Positions 55,671-64,000 of a stretch of DNA of 64,000 nt are shown one piece after another. A program made the translations under genes and the position numbers. Source of the stretch: Dictyostelium discoideum (Eukaryota); contig CM000152.2 in the NCBI GenBank assembly GCA_000004695.1, forward strand, positions 288,001 to 352,000. Direction: 5' to 3'. Every line of letters begins with the position of its first letter. Position 1 is the first letter of the stretch. The notes under the pieces were generated by a model. It worked only from the letters and a program-made list of their open reading frames with translations. It was not told where the DNA came from and ran no database searches.

Positions 55671-58615
55671 TTAATTTAAAATACCTCTACCAAAATATTC
55701 AGAAACAGTAGTGAAACCATCAGGAGAACTTCTTAATAATTTAAAGAATTGATCATGTTGATTGGCGGAATCAGCTTGTGATCTTTTAATCTCTTGAATT
55801 CTTTTATTAGCACCAGCACAAGAAGGACATTCTCTTTCATTCTCACCGAGACATCTTTGATGGAAAGAATGTTGACATAAAAAGTGAACACTTGGTAAAT
55901 CCAAAGCCAATAGACAAGCGATACATTTAGTTTGTTGGAAAATTTTAGAATTTGTACGAAGTTCGTTGATTTCATGTCTCATCTTTTCAGTCTCATCGGC
56001 GTATTGTCTGATTTGAGTGTAATCCTTATCGATTTGTTGAGTTTCTTGAGACAATCTTCTAGAGATATAATCTTTGATGACGGCCAAAGTGGTATTCTTA
56101 TTTTGTGATAGGATTTGTATTACCAAGAGTGGTGGAATGAGATTCTCCTTATCGATGTTGGTCAACACCTCGATGATCTCATCTTGACAATCCTGTTTAT
56201 TGGTTGAAAAGAATGACAATGCTCTCACCCAAAGGTTTGGATCTTTTACACCATATCTCTTGCAAGCTTTGATCAAGCCATCGTAATCATTATTCTCCAT
56301 ATGGTACTCGATGATCTCATTGAATAACTCTAACTTTTCATATAAATACAATACACCCTCCTTCCAATTATGAACTTGTACTAAAATCAATGCATGATCT
56401 TGATCAAATTTTGATTTTGGATTCGTTAAAAATTCATATGCTTTCGCTTTTCTCTTTATTCTCTCATCATCAGTTTGATTGACATCATCTCTCAAATATA
56501 ACTCTAACAATGTATTATAAATTAATGATGATTCATTATTACCTTGTTGTACCATATATTCTAAAAATTTAACTAACCAATCTGCTTGTGATACAAAAAT
56601 ATGAATAAATTCTTCTGGTGCTGATTTTTGTTTAAATCCAATATTATTATTATTATTATTATTATTATTTTGATTATTATTATTACTATTATTATTTTGA
56701 TTATTATTATTTGTTACATTTGTTACAGTTGTTGTTGTTGTTGTTTGATTACTAATTGTTAAACCATTTAAATTTAAAGCTGTTAAAGAATCAAAAGCTT
56801 GAACTGGTTGATAATTTGTACATAATTTCATTAAGACACCAGTAGTTTCTTCAGGAATTTCAGAGACTAATTGTTTACCATATTTTTTAAGATTTTTATC
56901 AGCTTCTTCCCAATCAAGTGTTTGAATGTAATCTAAAGCTTTTCTATATTCATTGAGATCCTCCAAGAGAATTTTAAGATACCAATCGTGACGACTATGT
57001 TTTGATGCTAAAAAGAGTGCACGATCGAAATAACCACCTTGACGACAAACTTTAATTGCTGTCTCGACATCGAATGTACCATTGTCTGTCATAATGAAAT
57101 GATCGAGTTTCTTTACATCCTTTAATTTGGTATAACAATTCAAGAGTAGTGTAGTGTGGTTGGCTGTGGCTAAATTCTTCTCATGCAATGCTTGAATGTA
57201 TGATGTAAGATTATGAATTCTTTGAGCGTCCAAGAACTTTCTAATGACATAAGATGGCTCCAACTGACCAATCGTGCAAAGGTATTGGGTGATGGCGCCG
57301 TCGTAGTCGCCCTTGGCATACAACCTGTCGCCATACTCCCTATAGACGTCTGCAATGGCACTATTGTCATAATGCTGTGACTTTGCTAAATCGATAGCCA
57401 CTTGATATGAATGCTTCTTAAACAAGGTTTCCAACTTGGTTTGTGTGTCTTTCTCCTCCAATTGAAACACCTTACCATCGGCACCAAATATGAAAATTGA
57501 GCCCCACTCACTGCAAATATGAGACACTGTATCGAACTTCTCTGTGAAACCAATATATTTATTCTTTAAATCATAGATATTCAATACATTGTTTTTCGTG
57601 TTTTGCACCATAACCGATGGCGACCCAATACTACCTGTCTGACTACCCAACCCACCTATGCTATTCTGTCCGCCTACCACAGCACCTGGGAACAAGGCAT
57701 TGGTGTTGTTAGTGTCATATCCAATCACTACCAAATAGGAACGGAACCACAGCACTTTGGTCTTCACACCTGTGAAACCAAAACACGGTCCTCTTCCATC
57801 CACATTATAGAAATAAATTGCATCTGATCTTGCTATAATTGGCGACCCATCGTCACTCATTAAAAACGAGCCGATGTCACCCCCCTCATCGTCTATTATC
57901 GTCTCTTGATCTTTATGTGCTGTATGATAGGTTATAACATGTGTTGTTGTCACTACAAACAACACTGCACCCGCACTCGCACTCTGTTGACTCTTTGTTG
58001 GGAAAAACCCTAACCCTGTAATTGGCGAATCGTTTGGTACTTTGATAATCTTTTGTTTAATAACTTTATCTCTAAATATATCTGCTCTAATTATAATGAT
58101 TTCACCATTTGCTAAACCAACGATAATCTGTGACAAATCTTCCAACAATGTGAAACATGTTACTGTAACTGATTTCTCTAATTTAATAGATCTAACACAA
58201 ATTGGTTGTTCATTCTTATCAGTTTTATCAAGATTCCAAATTTTTAAGATTGCTGCACCACCAATATCATCATGACCAACTGAAGAAAGGAAATTTCTCT
58301 CCTTTAATTGATAAATTAATGATACTGATTGTTGATATGCTTGAAATGATGATATTCCAAATTCTCTATCTACAAAATTAATAAAACCTTCTGCATCACC
58401 AATAATTAAACTACCACGACCACTAGTTGTACATGTAATTGATAATTTCTTTTTTTTTTTCAATAATAATAATAATAGTAAAAAATAAATTAGTATTAAA
58501 TTCTTATTAATATTATTTTTTTGTGAATACATACTTGTAACGAAGATCCATCTTCTTTTTCAACCTGTTTTACAGTCTCAATATCAAAGAATGTGAATCT
58601 CTTCCAATTATTCAT
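55671..58615 (-). CDS. vps11: Vacuolar protein sorting-associated protein 11 (VPS11/PEP5), a HOPS/CORVET class C core subunit. About 953 aa, two exons of about 58615..58535 and about 58448..55671.
   Basis: Exon 1 is MNNWKRFTFFDIETVKQVEKEDGSSLQ, with a GTATGT donor. Exon 2 begins KLSITCTTSGRGSLIIGDAEGFINF. These match the metazoan VPS11 N-terminus (RRFVFFDKE..SGRGSLVFGDMEG.IWF). A long block of near-identity to the VPS11 central region is present (YREYGDRLYAKGDYDGAITQYLCTIGQLEPSYVIRKFLDAQRIHNLTSYIQALHEKNLATANHTTLLLNCYTKLKD). The C-terminus is a RING-H2 (CIACLLALDLPSVHFLCQHSFHQRCL...CPSC). Confidence 0.9.
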
Positions 58616-58767
58616 TCTTTTTGTATTCTTTAATAAAATGAAATTGTAATTTTGGCGAAAAAAAAAAAAAAAAAAAATCAAAAAAATCAAAAAAAAAAAA
58701 ATTAAAAAAAAAAAATTAAAAAAAAATTAAAAGAAAAATAAAAATAAAAAAATAATTAAAAAAAAAT

Positions 58768-58802
<35 letters not shown>

Positions 58803-59067
58803 TAGAGAAAATAATTTGACCTTTAACCTTTATTTGAAGCAAAATATCCTTAAGGATACTTAATTTTTTTTTTTTTTTTTTATTTTTTTAATTTTTTTTT
58901 ATTTTTTTTTTTTCTTAAACAACAAAGAGGTGCGCTTTGTGACCAGTGTATGGCGAGGGTTGTTATCTAATACCTAAAAACTTTTTAATTTTTTAAATTA
59001 ATTTTTATTTTATTTTTTTTAAATTTTATTTTATTTTTTGTTTTTTTTTTTTTTTTCAAAAATAAAA

Positions 59068-59108
<41 letters not shown>

Positions 59109-59204
59109 TATATTTTTTTTTTTTAATTTTTATTTTTTTTTTTTCTTTTTTTCTTCAAAAACATTTTAAAAATCAATACTTTGCGGTTGCTTTATGACGC
59201 TTCC

Positions 59205-64000
<4,796 letters not shown>

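Overview
The window is nuclear DNA from a dictyostelid social amoeba, with Dictyostelium discoideum-type organisation. This is read from the sequence itself: about 78% AT overall, coding islands at roughly 30-35% GC, and long poly(A)/poly(T) intergenic deserts. Introns are short, extremely AT-rich and bounded by GTAAGT or GTATGT donors and AG acceptors. AAT and CAA trinucleotide repeats are translated as poly-Asn and poly-Gln. It is not prokaryotic, and no CRISPR array, rRNA gene or obvious tRNA gene is present.

The ORF track uses bacterial start codons (ATG, GTG, TTG), so I re-derived gene models by hand, joining ORF fragments across canonical introns. The window holds about 28 protein-coding loci on both strands. 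Nine of them have clear homology, listed here with the motif that identifies each.
- Calfumirin-like EF-hand protein: three canonical Ca-binding loops.
- PDCD5: LSRITIVKPEK motif.
- 3-hydroxyacyl-CoA dehydratase (HACD/PTPLA family): single 225-aa multi-pass membrane ORF.
- Arp2/3 subunit ARPC1: HAWNADRS and [19 protein letters not shown].
- Sec61 beta: [14 protein letters not shown] plus a C-terminal transmembrane segment.
- A two-LIM-domain protein: two complete double zinc fingers.
- Diphosphomevalonate decarboxylase: N-terminal [16 protein letters not shown].
- Uracil-DNA glycosylase: GQDPYH family-1 motif.
- VPS11: conserved YVIRKFLDAQRIHNLT block and C-terminal RING-H2.

Several other loci have recognisable domain architectures.
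- A TBC plus rhodanese protein of TBC1D23 type.
- A TMEM53/DUF829-like protein.
- A cation/Ca2+ exchanger-like membrane protein.
- A RasGEF with a LisH motif.
- A CLU-domain plus leucine-rich-repeat protein that runs off the 3' end of the window.
- Several large low-complexity hypothetical proteins.

The most unusual region is a 7.4-kb tandem array at 47.4-54.8 kb. It carries one intact RING/TRAF-zinc-finger/MATH gene, one frameshifted copy and two decayed copies. The decayed third copy contains an 84-bp perfect palindrome and sits below an expanded 60-bp minisatellite. The array's first junction lies inside the intron of a 54-aa cysteine-rich, metallothionein-like gene.

Other notable loci:
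- An RCC1-ankyrin protein ending in what look like two tandem TIR-like domains.
- A Ras-like pseudo-GTPase whose switch region is replaced by a roughly 120-residue Asp/Gly/Ser repeat.
- A fragmented, probably pseudogenised, large membrane-glycoprotein locus with in-frame TAA codons, frameshifts and an internal duplication.

Splice-junction coordinates were derived by eye and may be off by a few nucleotides. ORF-track endpoints are exact.
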